A DNA stretch of 64,000 nt from Nitrospinales bacterium (GTDB lineage Bacteria; Nitrospinota; Nitrospinia; Nitrospinales; VA-1). How positions within the stretch are numbered: position 1 is the first letter of the stretch; every line of letters begins with the position of its first letter. The stretch spans positions 960,001-1,024,000 of the forward strand of contig CBDCWG010000012.1 of the NCBI GenBank assembly GCA_965223345.1. Direction: 5' to 3'. A program made the translations under genes and the position numbers. Of this stretch, positions 31,619 to 41,144 are shown piece by piece. The notes beneath the pieces were generated by a model that worked only from the letters and a program-made list of their open reading frames with translations, searched no databases and was not told where the DNA came from.

Positions 31619-34039
31619 TCATTCCTGGGCGTCGGTGGGCTGGTTTTGCGCGGATTCAGCGGAAGTGACTTTGTCATTGCCGAGCTCGAACAGGGCGGGC
31701 AGCATGAACAGCGCGCTGACCGTGCAGGTGATGATGCCCAGCTCGACCAGAGTGGCGATGGAACGGATGCCGTTGTGCGAGGAAATGTTCAGGCTGATGT
31801 AGCCTGCCATGCTGGTGCCTGCGGAAAGCAGGATGGCGCTTCCGGTCTCCTTGACCGACTGGATGGTGCTTCCCCTGGGATGATCGAGGATGTGGTGCGC
31901 CAGATAGATGCAGTGATCGATCATGATGCCGACGATCGAAGGCAGCATGACAAAATTGATGAAGTTCAGCTTGACGTGAAACACGCTCATCAGCGCGCCG
32001 GTCAGGGCCAGACCCGAAAATAACGGGAAGAAGGTCTTCAGGGCGAGCTTCAGGCTTTGCAGGTCGATCACCAGGATGAGCAGCACGACCCCCATGGCGA
32101 TGCCCAGCGCCTTGGGCCCTTTTTCCTTGACCCAGTCCAGTATTTCGGCGGCGAGGAGGTTTTCGTTGAGGATGGCGGTTTCAATGTCGTTCTTTTTCAG
32201 TTGCTCTTTCAACGCGCGGATCTCATTCTCCAGCTTGTAGATATTCCTCACATCGAAAAAATTCTTGTCTGCGGGTGAATACATCAAAAGGATGTACTCG
32301 TCCTCGATGGTGAATTTTTTGATCAGATTTTTTGGGATGGCGTTTTCGTCGAACGGTTTGCTGTAGATCAGTTTTTTCAGTTTTTCAAACCGCCGCTTGC
32401 CGAGCGACAGCTTGATGATGTCCTGATTTTCCTCGAACACCTCGCGGATGCGATTGAGCACCTCTTTTTTCGATTCGTATTCCTTTTTGCTGAACAGGTT
32501 CAACGACAGGTGCAGGCCGATTGTCGAATCCTTCTCGTTTTCGTATTTGATTTTTTCCAGGGCCTGATGGATGTAGAACAGATTTTCCTTTTGCGGCGTC
32601 AGGATGACGGTGGGCGAGAAGGCGTAGCCGAAGTCATTGGTGCTTGCGGTTTCGTAATCCGCAGCCGGGGAATGGCCGCGCAATTCCTGAAAATCGTATT
32701 CGAACTCAAGGCCGGGAATCAGAAGAACGCTTCCCGCCATCATCACGACGAAAAGCAGGATCAGCGTCCAGGGTGAGGACGTGTAGAGATTCGATATGTT
32801 GAGGGTGAACACCCGCGGCCGGGGTTTCCTAAGCCAGTGAACTTTGTCGTAGAACAGCACCTGTGCGGGAAAAATAAAAAAGTAGGTCAGGAACGCGCAT
32901 GTGATTCCCATGACCGCGATTTTCCCGAACTCCGAAAACCCCTTGAAATCGGAAAAGATCAGAATCGAAAACACGCTGATGGTGGTCAGCATGGCGATCA
33001 CGCTGGAGCGGCCGACTTGCGTCATCACGGTCTCGACGGAGTCGCGGATCGGGAATCCCTTGAGCAGCTCCTGCTTGAAACGGATGTACAGATGGATGCC
33101 GTAATCCACCCCCAGGCCCATGAGAATGGCGACCAGGAAACCGGAGATGATGTTGACGTGCCCGATGAGGATTTTGGTGAGGGCGAAGGTGTAGGAGAGG
33201 GATAACAGTAACGGGAAGATGATGAGCGGGATGGAAAAGCCCGAACGCGTGTACAGGACGATGAGCAGCGTCGCCAGCGTGGCGGCGAGCAGGGCGGCTT
33301 TTTTCAAATCCCGCACCACGGTCTCGTTTTCTTCCAGCCGCACCATCAAAGACCCCGTGAACTTGATTTTGAGGTCCGGGGCGTAGCGGTAGGGATCGAG
33401 CTCTTCGATTTTCTTGTTGATGTAGAAGACGAAATAGGAGGTGAAATCCGTATCGGTGACGGTGCCCTGAGGCTGGACGAATATGAAGTAGTTCTGTTTT
33501 TTGCGTCCTTTGTGGTACGGATCGATGTCATCGAAAATCTGGTATTTGTCCGCCAGTTTCTTGAGCGCGTCCGGGTTGAAATCTTCCGGGTCGAGGGTGA
33601 AGAAACCGGACAGCTGGCCGCGGGCGTAGTCGATCGCTTCGTCCATGAGGTCTTCGAGTTTCATGAGGTCGCGAAGCGGCGCCATGTACAACTGATGGTT
33701 GTCGATGAATTCTTTGGGAATCTTGGAATCGACGTAACGGACTTCCGGCAGGCTTTCCAGCCCCTCGGTGATCTGGTCGATCACCCGCGGTGCTTTTCTC
33801 GGGTCGAGGTTTTCCAGCACCAGCACCAGGGGGCCCGAGCCGCCGATCTTGCCGACCACGTGATTGAATTCCTGGATGAGCTCCAGCTCCTGCGGCAGCA
33901 GGTTGTCCATGCGCGGGTTGTATTCCAGCTCAGAGGCCGTCTTGATCGAGATCGCGCACAACACCAGGGCGAAGAGGATGAGCGTCCCCGGATAACGGGC
34001 GGTGATGTTGAGGAAACAGCCTCTAAGGAGCGATTTCAC
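31619..34039 (-). CDS. MMPL/RND-family (HpnN-like) lipid transporter
   Basis: Two repeats of 1 TM + periplasmic domain + TM bundle; 'GLGVDYGIH' and 'GIMIDHCIY' motifs. Confidence 0.88.
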   Translation of the reverse strand: MKSLLRGCFLNITARYPGTLILFALVLCAISIKTASELEYNPRMDNLLPQELELIQEFNHVVGKIGGSGPLVLVLENLDPRKAPRVIDQITEGLESLPEVRYVDSKIPKEFIDNHQLYMAPLRDLMKLEDLMDEAIDYARGQLSGFFTLDPEDFNPDALKKLADKYQIFDDIDPYHKGRKKQNYFIFVQPQGTVTDTDFTSYFVFYINKKIEELDPYRYAPDLKIKFTGSLMVRLEENETVVRDLKKAALLAATLATLLIVLYTRSGFSIPLIIFPLLLSLSYTFALTKILIGHVNIISGFLVAILMGLGVDYGIHLYIRFKQELLKGFPIRDSVETVMTQVGRSSVIAMLTTISVFSILIFSDFKGFSEFGKIAVMGITCAFLTYFFIFPAQVLFYDKVHWLRKPRPRVFTLNISNLYTSSPWTLILLFVVMMAGSVLLIPGLEFEYDFQELRGHSPAADYETASTNDFGYAFSPTVILTPQKENLFYIHQALEKIKYENEKDSTIGLHLSLNLFSKKEYESKKEVLNRIREVFEENQDIIKLSLGKRRFEKLKKLIYSKPFDENAIPKNLIKKFTIEDEYILLMYSPADKNFFDVRNIYKLENEIRALKEQLKKNDIETAILNENLLAAEILDWVKEKGPKALGIAMGVVLLILVIDLQSLKLALKTFFPLFSGLALTGALMSVFHVKLNFINFVMLPSIVGIMIDHCIYLAHHILDHPRGSTIQSVKETGSAILLSAGTSMAGYISLNISSHNGIRSIATLVELGIITCTVSALFMLPALFELGNDKVTSAESAQNQPTDAQE

Positions 34040-34889
34040 GGCGGATCACCCTTCTGTGTGCGATGAGAGTCCCGATCATTTGCAGGGCCATCAGCAGGGC
34101 CAGCATGGGGAGGGTCTGCTGCAACAGTCCGGAAACCGCGAGCAGAATGAAGATGAAGAGCACGAGATCGGGACCGTTCCATTTCCACAGCGCCATCAAC
34201 GGTTTGACGTTGCGCCAGTAGGCAGTGCGCTTTTCGGGGGGCAGCGGCTGGCTCGCCTCTGCGGCGGCGGCATCCGCATCGAAGCGTTTGATAGAAACCC
34301 AGCGCCCCTGAAAAATGAACTGCTGCATCTGAAGATAATAAAAATAAACCGCCGACAGGGTGGATCCGGTTTCGCGATGCTTGCGGTACGCGTCGAGGAT
34401 ATCCTTCTTGCTCGCGTCGTGTCCTTCCTGAATCACCGAAGTCATGGTCTGTTTGCAGTAGTCGTAGGAGATGGCCTTCAGAATGGTCAAAACCGTGATG
34501 GCGCCCAGGGAGCCGTAGAACCCCCCAAGCCCCACCATCATACCGATCACCACCGAAAGATACGAGATGTATCCCGCAATTCCGTCGAGAATTCTGCCCC
34601 ATTCGCTGGAGCACCCCTTGGCACGGGCCAGCTGCCCGTCGGCACAGTCGAGCAGGAGGGTGATCTCCAGCAGAATTCCGGCCAACAGTGTGGCTGTGGC
34701 GGTTCCCCGGCTGAAGCAGTAGGCGGAAGCCAGGCCGAACAGAATGGATGCGTAGGTCACCTGGTCCGGGGTCACCGGAGTGTGCTTCAAAAGGGTGACC
34801 AGGCGGGCGGCGATGGGAACGTGCAGGTACTGGTTGAGGGGCTCCACCAGGTCGGTCAAAACATGGCTTTTTTCTTCAGAATGCGTCAC
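34023..34889 (-). CDS. CDP-alcohol phosphatidyltransferase family protein
   Basis: 'TPDQVT', 'DCADGQLARAKGCSSEWGRILD' signature. Confidence 0.9.
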   Translation of the reverse strand: MTHSEEKSHVLTDLVEPLNQYLHVPIAARLVTLLKHTPVTPDQVTYASILFGLASAYCFSRGTATATLLAGILLEITLLLDCADGQLARAKGCSSEWGRILDGIAGYISYLSVVIGMMVGLGGFYGSLGAITVLTILKAISYDYCKQTMTSVIQEGHDASKKDILDAYRKHRETGSTLSAVYFYYLQMQQFIFQGRWVSIKRFDADAAAAEASQPLPPEKRTAYWRNVKPLMALWKWNGPDLVLFIFILLAVSGLLQQTLPMLALLMALQMIGTLIAHRRVIRREIAP

Positions 34890-34892
34890 AAC

Positions 34893-35897
34893 TCAAAGCC
34901 ATCGATTTTCTTTGTACCAGCCCAGGGTCTGTTCCAAACCCGTTTTGAGATCGTACCTGGGTTCGAACTGATAATGTTTGAAAAACTTTTCCGAGGATGC
35001 GGTCCACGTGCTCTGGCGGATGTCGATCATTTTCTGCCGGTCCAGCAGGGGCGGGCTCGAGTTGAACATGGAATAAAACTCGGTGAAGATGCCGATCAGG
35101 GGCATCCATTTTTCGGAAATGTGGATCGTTCGGGGCTCCACCTGCAAAATACTGGCGGTCTTGCGCGCGACCTCCGCCCAGGGGTATTCGTTGCCGTCGG
35201 TGATGAAAAACGCCGAACCGCTTTCCGCCGGTTTTTCGGCGGCGGTGAGCATGGCGTCGATCAGATCTTCGACATGGATCAAGGAAAGCACCCGTTCTCG
35301 TGTGCCCATTTCGATGTTCCAGCCTCTGGCGATGCTTTTGAAAAACGTGAAAATATTTTTTTCCCGCGGGCCGTACACCACGGGGGGGCGCAAAATGACG
35401 ATGGGCAGCGATTCTGCGTAATGTCTGGCGATGACTTCTCCGGCGAGTTTGGATTTTCCATAGTGGGTCACCGGATGGCATGGGGATTCTTCATGCACCG
35501 GGTGGGCGAGGGAAGACGGACCGACGGCGGCCAGACTGCTCAAATGCACGATGCCCTGGATTTTGTTTGCGTGTTCCTTGCAGCTTTTATACAGGACTTC
35601 ACAGGCCTGCGTGTTGGCGCGAAAATACTCCTCGCGGCCGTTGGCGCGCGTCAATCCGGCGCAGTGAAACACGAATTGAACGTCTTGCAGAAGATCGGCG
35701 GGCAGTGGATCGAGAAGGTCTCCGGTCGAGAGGTGCACGTTCGGCTGTTTGAGACCCTCGACATTGCTGGTTTTGCGGACCAGACAATGCACGGTGCACT
35801 CTCGCGAAAGCAGACGGGCCACCAGATTGTTTCCGATGAAACCGGTGGCGCCTGTGACGAGGACCGTCGAACGGTCAATGGAGGCATTCTCTTTCAT
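34893..35897 (-). CDS. NAD(P)-dependent epimerase/dehydratase (extended SDR), probable ceramide reductase CerR
   Basis: 'TGATGFIG', 'YGKSK', 'RPPVVYGP'; position in spt operon. Confidence 0.8.
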   Translation of the reverse strand: MKENASIDRSTVLVTGATGFIGNNLVARLLSRECTVHCLVRKTSNVEGLKQPNVHLSTGDLLDPLPADLLQDVQFVFHCAGLTRANGREEYFRANTQACEVLYKSCKEHANKIQGIVHLSSLAAVGPSSLAHPVHEESPCHPVTHYGKSKLAGEVIARHYAESLPIVILRPPVVYGPREKNIFTFFKSIARGWNIEMGTRERVLSLIHVEDLIDAMLTAAEKPAESGSAFFITDGNEYPWAEVARKTASILQVEPRTIHISEKWMPLIGIFTEFYSMFNSSPPLLDRQKMIDIRQSTWTASSEKFFKHYQFEPRYDLKTGLEQTLGWYKENRWL

Positions 35898-36996
35898 AGA
35901 TACGGTGTCGCTTGTAAACCTTGCCGTTCATGCGATACAGGGGAGCCAGCATGGCCTGGTTGTCTTCCAGGATCCAGGACATCTCCACCAGTTCGGCTCG
36001 GTGTTTTGCCAGCCATTTGTAGGTTTCGTAATAAAAATTCACATCGATGCCCAGGCGCTGACAGTTTTTTTTCACTCCCAGAGTCAGGACGCGGTATGTG
36101 GAAATCTTTTTCTTGTTGAGATGGTATTTCACCAGCCCTGTGGGGAATAGTTTTCCGTTCATCGATTTTGTGGCCTGGTTCATGTTGGGAATGCTCAGCG
36201 AAAATCCCACCGGTTCGTTGTTTTTTTCCGCGATGAAACAAAGATCCGGCAGGACGATCGATTTCATTTCCTCTGCGGCGTAGCCGAACTCTTTGCGCGT
36301 CATGGGAACGAATCCCCAGTTGCGGCTCCAGGCGGAATTGTAGACATCCCAGATGAGGTCGATTTCTTTTTCGAAGGCGTCGATCCTGAGCGGGCGGATG
36401 GTGAAATGGTTTCTTTTTTTTATTCGCACCATGGCCCGTTCCAGATACTCCGGTACCGTATGCGGGTACAGGTACAAAGAAAGCAGGTCCTTGGATTTTT
36501 TCAAACCCCAGTTCGTGAGCAGCTTGGAGTAGTAAGGCGGATTGAAGGGAATGCCGATCATCGAGCATTCCTCGAAGCCCTCGACGAGCAGGCCGCATTC
36601 GTGGTTGGTGGAGAGGTTCATCGGACCCAGGAGTTTGTCGGCTCCCTGGGAGCGGCACCAGTCGAATGCGGTGTCGAGCAGGAGGTCTGCGGTTTTCTGA
36701 TCGTCGATGCATTCGAAAAGGCCGAAAAAACAGACATTTTCGGCATGGAACTCGTTGTGGGTGCGATCCAGGATCAGGGCGATTCTGCCGATGGGTTCGC
36801 GGTCGTTGGAGAATGCGAGGAAAAGATCGACCTGGGCGTGTTCAAAAAAGGGATTGCTGCCGGTGTTGAGGAATTTTTTTCGTTCGAAGAGGAGGGGGGG
36901 GACCCACTGCGGGTAGTTGTGGTAGATCTTCCAGGGCAGCCGGATGAACTTTCTTTTTTCAGACTCGGATTCTACCTTTTTTACCGCAAGCAACAT
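35875..36996 (-). CDS. GNAT-fold N-acyltransferase, probable bacterial ceramide synthase bCerS
   Basis: 'FIRLPWKIY..WVPPL', 'NPFF', 'FGLFEC', 'PFNPPYY', 'NWGFVP', 'SWILEDN'; ATG overlaps spt stop (TAATG). Confidence 0.78.
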   Translation of the reverse strand: MLLAVKKVESESEKRKFIRLPWKIYHNYPQWVPPLLFERKKFLNTGSNPFFEHAQVDLFLAFSNDREPIGRIALILDRTHNEFHAENVCFFGLFECIDDQKTADLLLDTAFDWCRSQGADKLLGPMNLSTNHECGLLVEGFEECSMIGIPFNPPYYSKLLTNWGLKKSKDLLSLYLYPHTVPEYLERAMVRIKKRNHFTIRPLRIDAFEKEIDLIWDVYNSAWSRNWGFVPMTRKEFGYAAEEMKSIVLPDLCFIAEKNNEPVGFSLSIPNMNQATKSMNGKLFPTGLVKYHLNKKKISTYRVLTLGVKKNCQRLGIDVNFYYETYKWLAKHRAELVEMSWILEDNQAMLAPLYRMNGKVYKRHRIYERECLH

Positions 36997-38471
36997 TATT
37001 GAGGGATGATTCCCAGTTTCGTGCCGAATTTGTTGAAGGAAGCCAGAATCTTGTCCAACTCCTCAATCGTGTGCGAAGAGGTGTAGCTCGTCCGGATCAT
37101 CGCGTTGTGCGTGGGAACCACCGGCGACACGGCGACACCTGCAAAGATGCCCTCATCGAACAGCAGCTGATTGAAAAGCAGGGTCAGAGCTTCGTCCCCT
37201 ATTTTTATGGGAACGATGGGAACCGGATTGTTGTTGACCTGGAATCCCATATCAAAAAAACCTTTTTTGATGTAGGAGGTGTTCTCGTGCAGCCGGTTGA
37301 GCCGGAACGTTTCCCGGTTCATGATGTCGAGCGCTTCCGTGACCCCCGCTACCGACGCGGGCGGCAGAGCGGCTGTGAAGATGAAGGCGGAGGCCTTGTG
37401 GCGGATGTATTCGGTCACTTTCTTTTTCGCCGAAACGAAACCGCCGATGGAGCCCAGGCTCTTGGAGAAGGTGCCGACGTAGATGTCGATCTCTTTTTCC
37501 AGGTTGTAGTAGTTGGTGACGCCTTTGCCGTGATCGCCCAGAACGCCGAGGCCGTGTGCTTCGTCCACAAGGATTGTGGCCTTGTAGTCTTTGGCCAGTT
37601 TCACGATTTCCGGCAGGTTGGCGATGTCTCCGCTCATGCTGAACACGCTGTCGGTGATGATGAGTTTTCCCTCGACGTCGGAATACTTTTTCAAATAGTA
37701 CTCGAGGTGGTCCATGTCGTTGTGCCGGTAACGGACGGTTTTGCCCGGAGAGATGGCACAGCCCTCATAGATGCTGGCGTGGTTTTCCCGGTCGGAAAAA
37801 GCCACGTCCTTGCGCCCGAGCAGGCAGGCGATGGTGCCCTGATTGGCCTGAAAGCCGGTGGACATGACGATGGCGTCCTCGCGGTTCAGGAATTTGGAAA
37901 GCTCCTTTTCCAGTTTATTGTGCAGACTGAGGGTGCCGTTCAAAAAGCGGCTGCCGGTGCAACCGGCTCCGAACGTATCCAGGGCTTTTTTGCCCGCGGC
38001 GATGACACGGGGGTCTTTTGTCAGGCCCAGATAGTTGTTGGTGGAGACGGTGATGGTTTTTTTGCCGTCGATCTTGACGCGGGATCCGTTTGTTTCCTGA
38101 ATTTCCCGGAAGAAAGGGTAAATCCCCAGCTCGCGGGCCTGTTCCGGTGCGTTGTAGCTGAAACATTTGGAAAGGATGTTGTTGTCCTTATCCGGCTGAA
38201 CACGCAGATGGGAATTTTCGAAATCGAACTTCTCTTTAAGGAGAGAAATGATTTTATTCCGCTTCAAATGAGGAGGGATCTCCTCCTGGCCCTCGTCTTG
38301 GATTGGAAGATGGAAATATTTCACGATATTCGGGGCTTTCCTTTTTGAAATTTTGGAAATGGGTTGAATACGAAAGTTGGAAAAGCGGGAAGGGAAATCC
38401 TTTCCAACGATTGGCCACGATTCATTGTTTGGATGTTGAAAGGAAATGGCGCTTTGACCCTTCGAATCCAA
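36996..38471 (-). CDS. spt: Serine palmitoyltransferase (alpha-oxoamine synthase, PLP); start uncertain (TTG 38471 or GTG 38324)
   Basis: 'YPFF', 'NNYLGL', 'GCTGSRFLNGT', 'DEAH', PLP-Lys 'GTFSKSLG', 'FIFTAALPP'. Confidence 0.82.
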   Translation of the reverse strand: MDSKGQSAISFQHPNNESWPIVGKDFPSRFSNFRIQPISKISKRKAPNIVKYFHLPIQDEGQEEIPPHLKRNKIISLLKEKFDFENSHLRVQPDKDNNILSKCFSYNAPEQARELGIYPFFREIQETNGSRVKIDGKKTITVSTNNYLGLTKDPRVIAAGKKALDTFGAGCTGSRFLNGTLSLHNKLEKELSKFLNREDAIVMSTGFQANQGTIACLLGRKDVAFSDRENHASIYEGCAISPGKTVRYRHNDMDHLEYYLKKYSDVEGKLIITDSVFSMSGDIANLPEIVKLAKDYKATILVDEAHGLGVLGDHGKGVTNYYNLEKEIDIYVGTFSKSLGSIGGFVSAKKKVTEYIRHKASAFIFTAALPPASVAGVTEALDIMNRETFRLNRLHENTSYIKKGFFDMGFQVNNNPVPIVPIKIGDEALTLLFNQLLFDEGIFAGVAVSPVVPTHNAMIRTSYTSSHTIEELDKILASFNKFGTKLGIIPQ

Positions 38472-38825
38472 ATTGCGGATAGATTACCATTAAATACCTG
38501 TTTCCACAAGACATAGCATTAAAACTATTGTAAGGCATTCAAGGAATAACTGAAAATGTTTATTTCATTAGGGTTATGCAAAAAAACACCGGCCCGGGTG
38601 AAAGTTGTTCGTAGACCGCGCGTTTTTTTTGCAGCTTGTTGCAAAAAAAGAATTTATCCTTTGCAATCGCGTTGTTAGCAGGATCTGTCCTGGTTTTCCG
38701 GCGGGAATTCAAGCATTCGCCTGAAAGGGCGCGCCTGTTTTGCAAAACGGGCGGTCTGGTATCGACCGTTTGCTTGTGAGGACGCCGGGGAGGGCCCGGC
38801 TCGACAAGGGCGCAGCAAAAAAGGA

Positions 38826-39503
38826 TCAGGGCAGTTTGGAGAGAATGGCCGACAGAGAGGGTTCGGCGGTTTTTTCAACCTGCCTGGAAGCGGGTGCGTC
38901 CGTTTTTCTTGTTTTCGTGAACCGGAGCGAGCTGGAATCTTTGGAAACCGTCGATCGCTGTTTTTTCTGCATCGCGTTGAGCAGGCCCGCAATTCGCGCG
39001 GTTTTACGGTGTCCGGAGCCCAGGTTCGATGTGTAGATTTTCAACGCATGCCGGTAGCGGATTTCCGCCTCGTCGAACTTTCCCAGTCTTTCGTACAGCA
39101 GAGCCAGGTTGCTCAGCAGGACCGCGACCGTGGTGTGGTTTTTGCCCAGGGATTTCACGCCGATGTTGAGCGCACGCAGGTAGAGGTGCTCGGCGTCGGC
39201 ATGCTGACCCAGCTTGCGATTGACTTCCGCAAGGTTGTTCAGCACCTGAACCAGACGGGGGTGGGCCGGTCCTAGAGCCTCTTCGGCGAGTTTGAGGGTT
39301 TGCATCGCAAGCGGCTTCGCCTCTTTGTAGCGCCCCCTTTTGTAGAGATCGACCACTTTCCGGTTGAGCGCTTCGTGGGGCTCCGGGGCCGGTTTTTCCC
39401 GTTGCGCAAGAACCGGGGCGGTCCATGCAAGCAGTAAAACCAAAGCCCAGAGGCATGCAAATCGAAACTTCGCGTTGGATCGGTGCGTCGATGAGGGAAG
39501 CAT
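38826..39503 (-). CDS. Secreted TPR protein (kinesin-light-chain-type repeats)
   Basis: Signal peptide; repeats 'LG..HP.....LNNLA'. Confidence 0.85.
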   Translation of the reverse strand: MLPSSTHRSNAKFRFACLWALVLLLAWTAPVLAQREKPAPEPHEALNRKVVDLYKRGRYKEAKPLAMQTLKLAEEALGPAHPRLVQVLNNLAEVNRKLGQHADAEHLYLRALNIGVKSLGKNHTTVAVLLSNLALLYERLGKFDEAEIRYRHALKIYTSNLGSGHRKTARIAGLLNAMQKKQRSTVSKDSSSLRFTKTRKTDAPASRQVEKTAEPSLSAILSKLP

Positions 39504-39529
39504 CCCTTGTTCTCCTTGGCGTTTGCGGA

Positions 39530-39721
39530 TCAGTTGGGGTTTTGAATCAGGTTTTCCAGCACCTGCCTTCTTTCCCTTCGTGCCAACAGATATTTGTCGT
39601 TCAGCACGCCCAGCTTGTTTTTGAGCTGCTGGTTTTCCAGATGCAGTTTGATGGAAGTCTCGATGAGCTGCATGTTGGACTGCATCAACGCCACCAGTTT
39701 CTCTTTGTAAAATTTCTCCAT
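39530..39721 (-). CDS. Small coiled-coil hypothetical protein
   Basis: 63 aa, heptad pattern, GAGGAAG RBS. Confidence 0.6.
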   Translation of the reverse strand: MEKFYKEKLVALMQSNMQLIETSIKLHLENQQLKNKLGVLNDKYLLARRERRQVLENLIQNPN

Positions 39722-39773
39722 GGTTCAGGCTTCCTCTCTCGACCGGTTCCTTTGCGGTTGTGTCTTTGCCGTG

Positions 39774-40046
39774 TCAACCGCAGTCGTACTCCGATTGATA
39801 GCGTTCCCGGGTGTGATCGCACAAGGAACGATCGTTGTTGATGAGGCCGCATTGGGTGTCCTCACAAACCTTGTGTCCGGTCACGGTCGGATCGGGGACC
39901 GGACCGGGCTTGGGCTTGGAATGCGTCGCGGGTTCGATCGGGGGAGCGGCGCGCCCCTGCGAACGGACTTCGAGGATCAAGGCGTGAACGGCTTCCGTGA
40001 GTTTGTCCACTGCTTTGCAGAGATTCCTGATCTCGCCTTTAATCAT
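39774..40046 (-). CDS. Hypothetical protein
   Basis: 90 aa, GAAGGG RBS, N-terminal coil and Cys-containing tail. Confidence 0.5.
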   Translation of the reverse strand: MIKGEIRNLCKAVDKLTEAVHALILEVRSQGRAAPPIEPATHSKPKPGPVPDPTVTGHKVCEDTQCGLINNDRSLCDHTRERYQSEYDCG

Positions 40047-40365
40047 CGTGACCCTTCAATCGAGCGTTCCATCCCGTTCGAACTCATCGTGTGTTCCCAG
40101 TTATTGATTGTAAACAGAGGGTTTTAAGAACCGGTTACGCTTGAGTTACAACCCTGTCAAGCCGGGCGGATACCGCTTTTGAGAGGCGTACAGGGGAGCG
40201 GAGTCGCGCTTTGCAGGCACAAGGGACGTGCGGCCCTGCGCGTAAAAATTACGGGTGCTTGTGAGGTGAGAATAAGCCGCGGTTTTTCAGAGATTGCCGG
40301 TTTCAGGCGAAAGATGAGGGACGGATTCGGAAGGTGAAGCGAGGGTTTGAGAAGGAACCGGGGCG

Positions 40366-41043
40366 CTATTCGGTGGCGCCCAGGTCCCTCAGGAACATGA
40401 CGAGGTCGAGATTGTTGGACTCGTGCGCGTAGCCCATGGCGGTAACGCCATCGATGCGTTTGTTCACATCAGCGCCGTTTTTAACGAGCAGAATGATGAT
40501 CTTCATGGCGGTCTGCATGCGATTCCATTGCGCGACGCCTTCCGCGTCGGCGCCCTTTCCGGACACCATCATGAGGGGCGTATACTTGTCGTAGCAGAGT
40601 TTGTTGGGGTCGGCGCCCTGGCTCAGCAAAAACTCCACCCAGTCCACGTCTGCGTCGATGTCTCCCGCCTCTTTCTTGCTGGAAAGAAAATTGGTCAGCA
40701 GGGTGCACAACGGAGTCTTGCCGCCCACATCCTTTGTGTCCTCATGGCTCAGTTGGGGGCCTTCGTGAGCGGCGTTGATGTCCGCGCCCTTTTCCAGAAG
40801 GTAGATCACCATATCCCGGTTTTTCTGCATGACAGCTTGGTTGAGGTAGCTGTCGCCGTTGATATTGGCGCCCTCAAGCAGCAGCTTGTCGAGCTGATCG
40901 GTGTCCTCTTCGGCGATCGCCTGAAACATGACCTTCTCGACCGTGAAAGCGAAAACCGGTGCCGCGAGAAAGGCGATCAACGCCAGTCCCGCCAGGATTT
41001 TCCCTTTGGATTTGAGGGTCGAACTGAATGGGGTCGGGTTCAT
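40366..41043 (-). CDS. Secreted ankyrin-repeat protein
   Basis: Repeated 'LL..GADIN/GADPN/GADVN', 'TPL'; signal peptide; GGAG RBS before ATG 41043. Confidence 0.85.
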   Translation of the reverse strand: MNPTPFSSTLKSKGKILAGLALIAFLAAPVFAFTVEKVMFQAIAEEDTDQLDKLLLEGANINGDSYLNQAVMQKNRDMVIYLLEKGADINAAHEGPQLSHEDTKDVGGKTPLCTLLTNFLSSKKEAGDIDADVDWVEFLLSQGADPNKLCYDKYTPLMMVSGKGADAEGVAQWNRMQTAMKIIILLVKNGADVNKRIDGVTAMGYAHESNNLDLVMFLRDLGATE

Positions 41044-41128
41044 CGGTGCATCTCCATTCCCTGTCACAGGGGGGTTTTTCTGCGGCGGGCCGCCTGGCAT
41101 CGCCTGAGTGTTCGATATTAGATATATG

Positions 41129-41144
41129 AGCAATTTGCTTGCCA
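41129..41144 (-). promoter_or_regulatory. Putative sigma54 (-24/-12) promoter of ankyrin gene
   Basis: Minus strand TGGCAAGCAAATTGCT = GG-N10-GC, AT-rich tract upstream. Confidence 0.55.

Noticed and set aside
19098..36119. Long antisense or alternate-frame ORFs (e.g. 19098-20978, 22921-24483, 25743-27101, 34002-36119)
   Set aside because: Shadow ORFs of well-supported genes, expected from high-GC codon bias
36996..38471. Annotation as bioF or kbl
   Set aside because: 'GSRFLNGT' motif and coupling to GNAT/SDR/CDP-transferase genes fit Spt; no bio or tdh genes nearby
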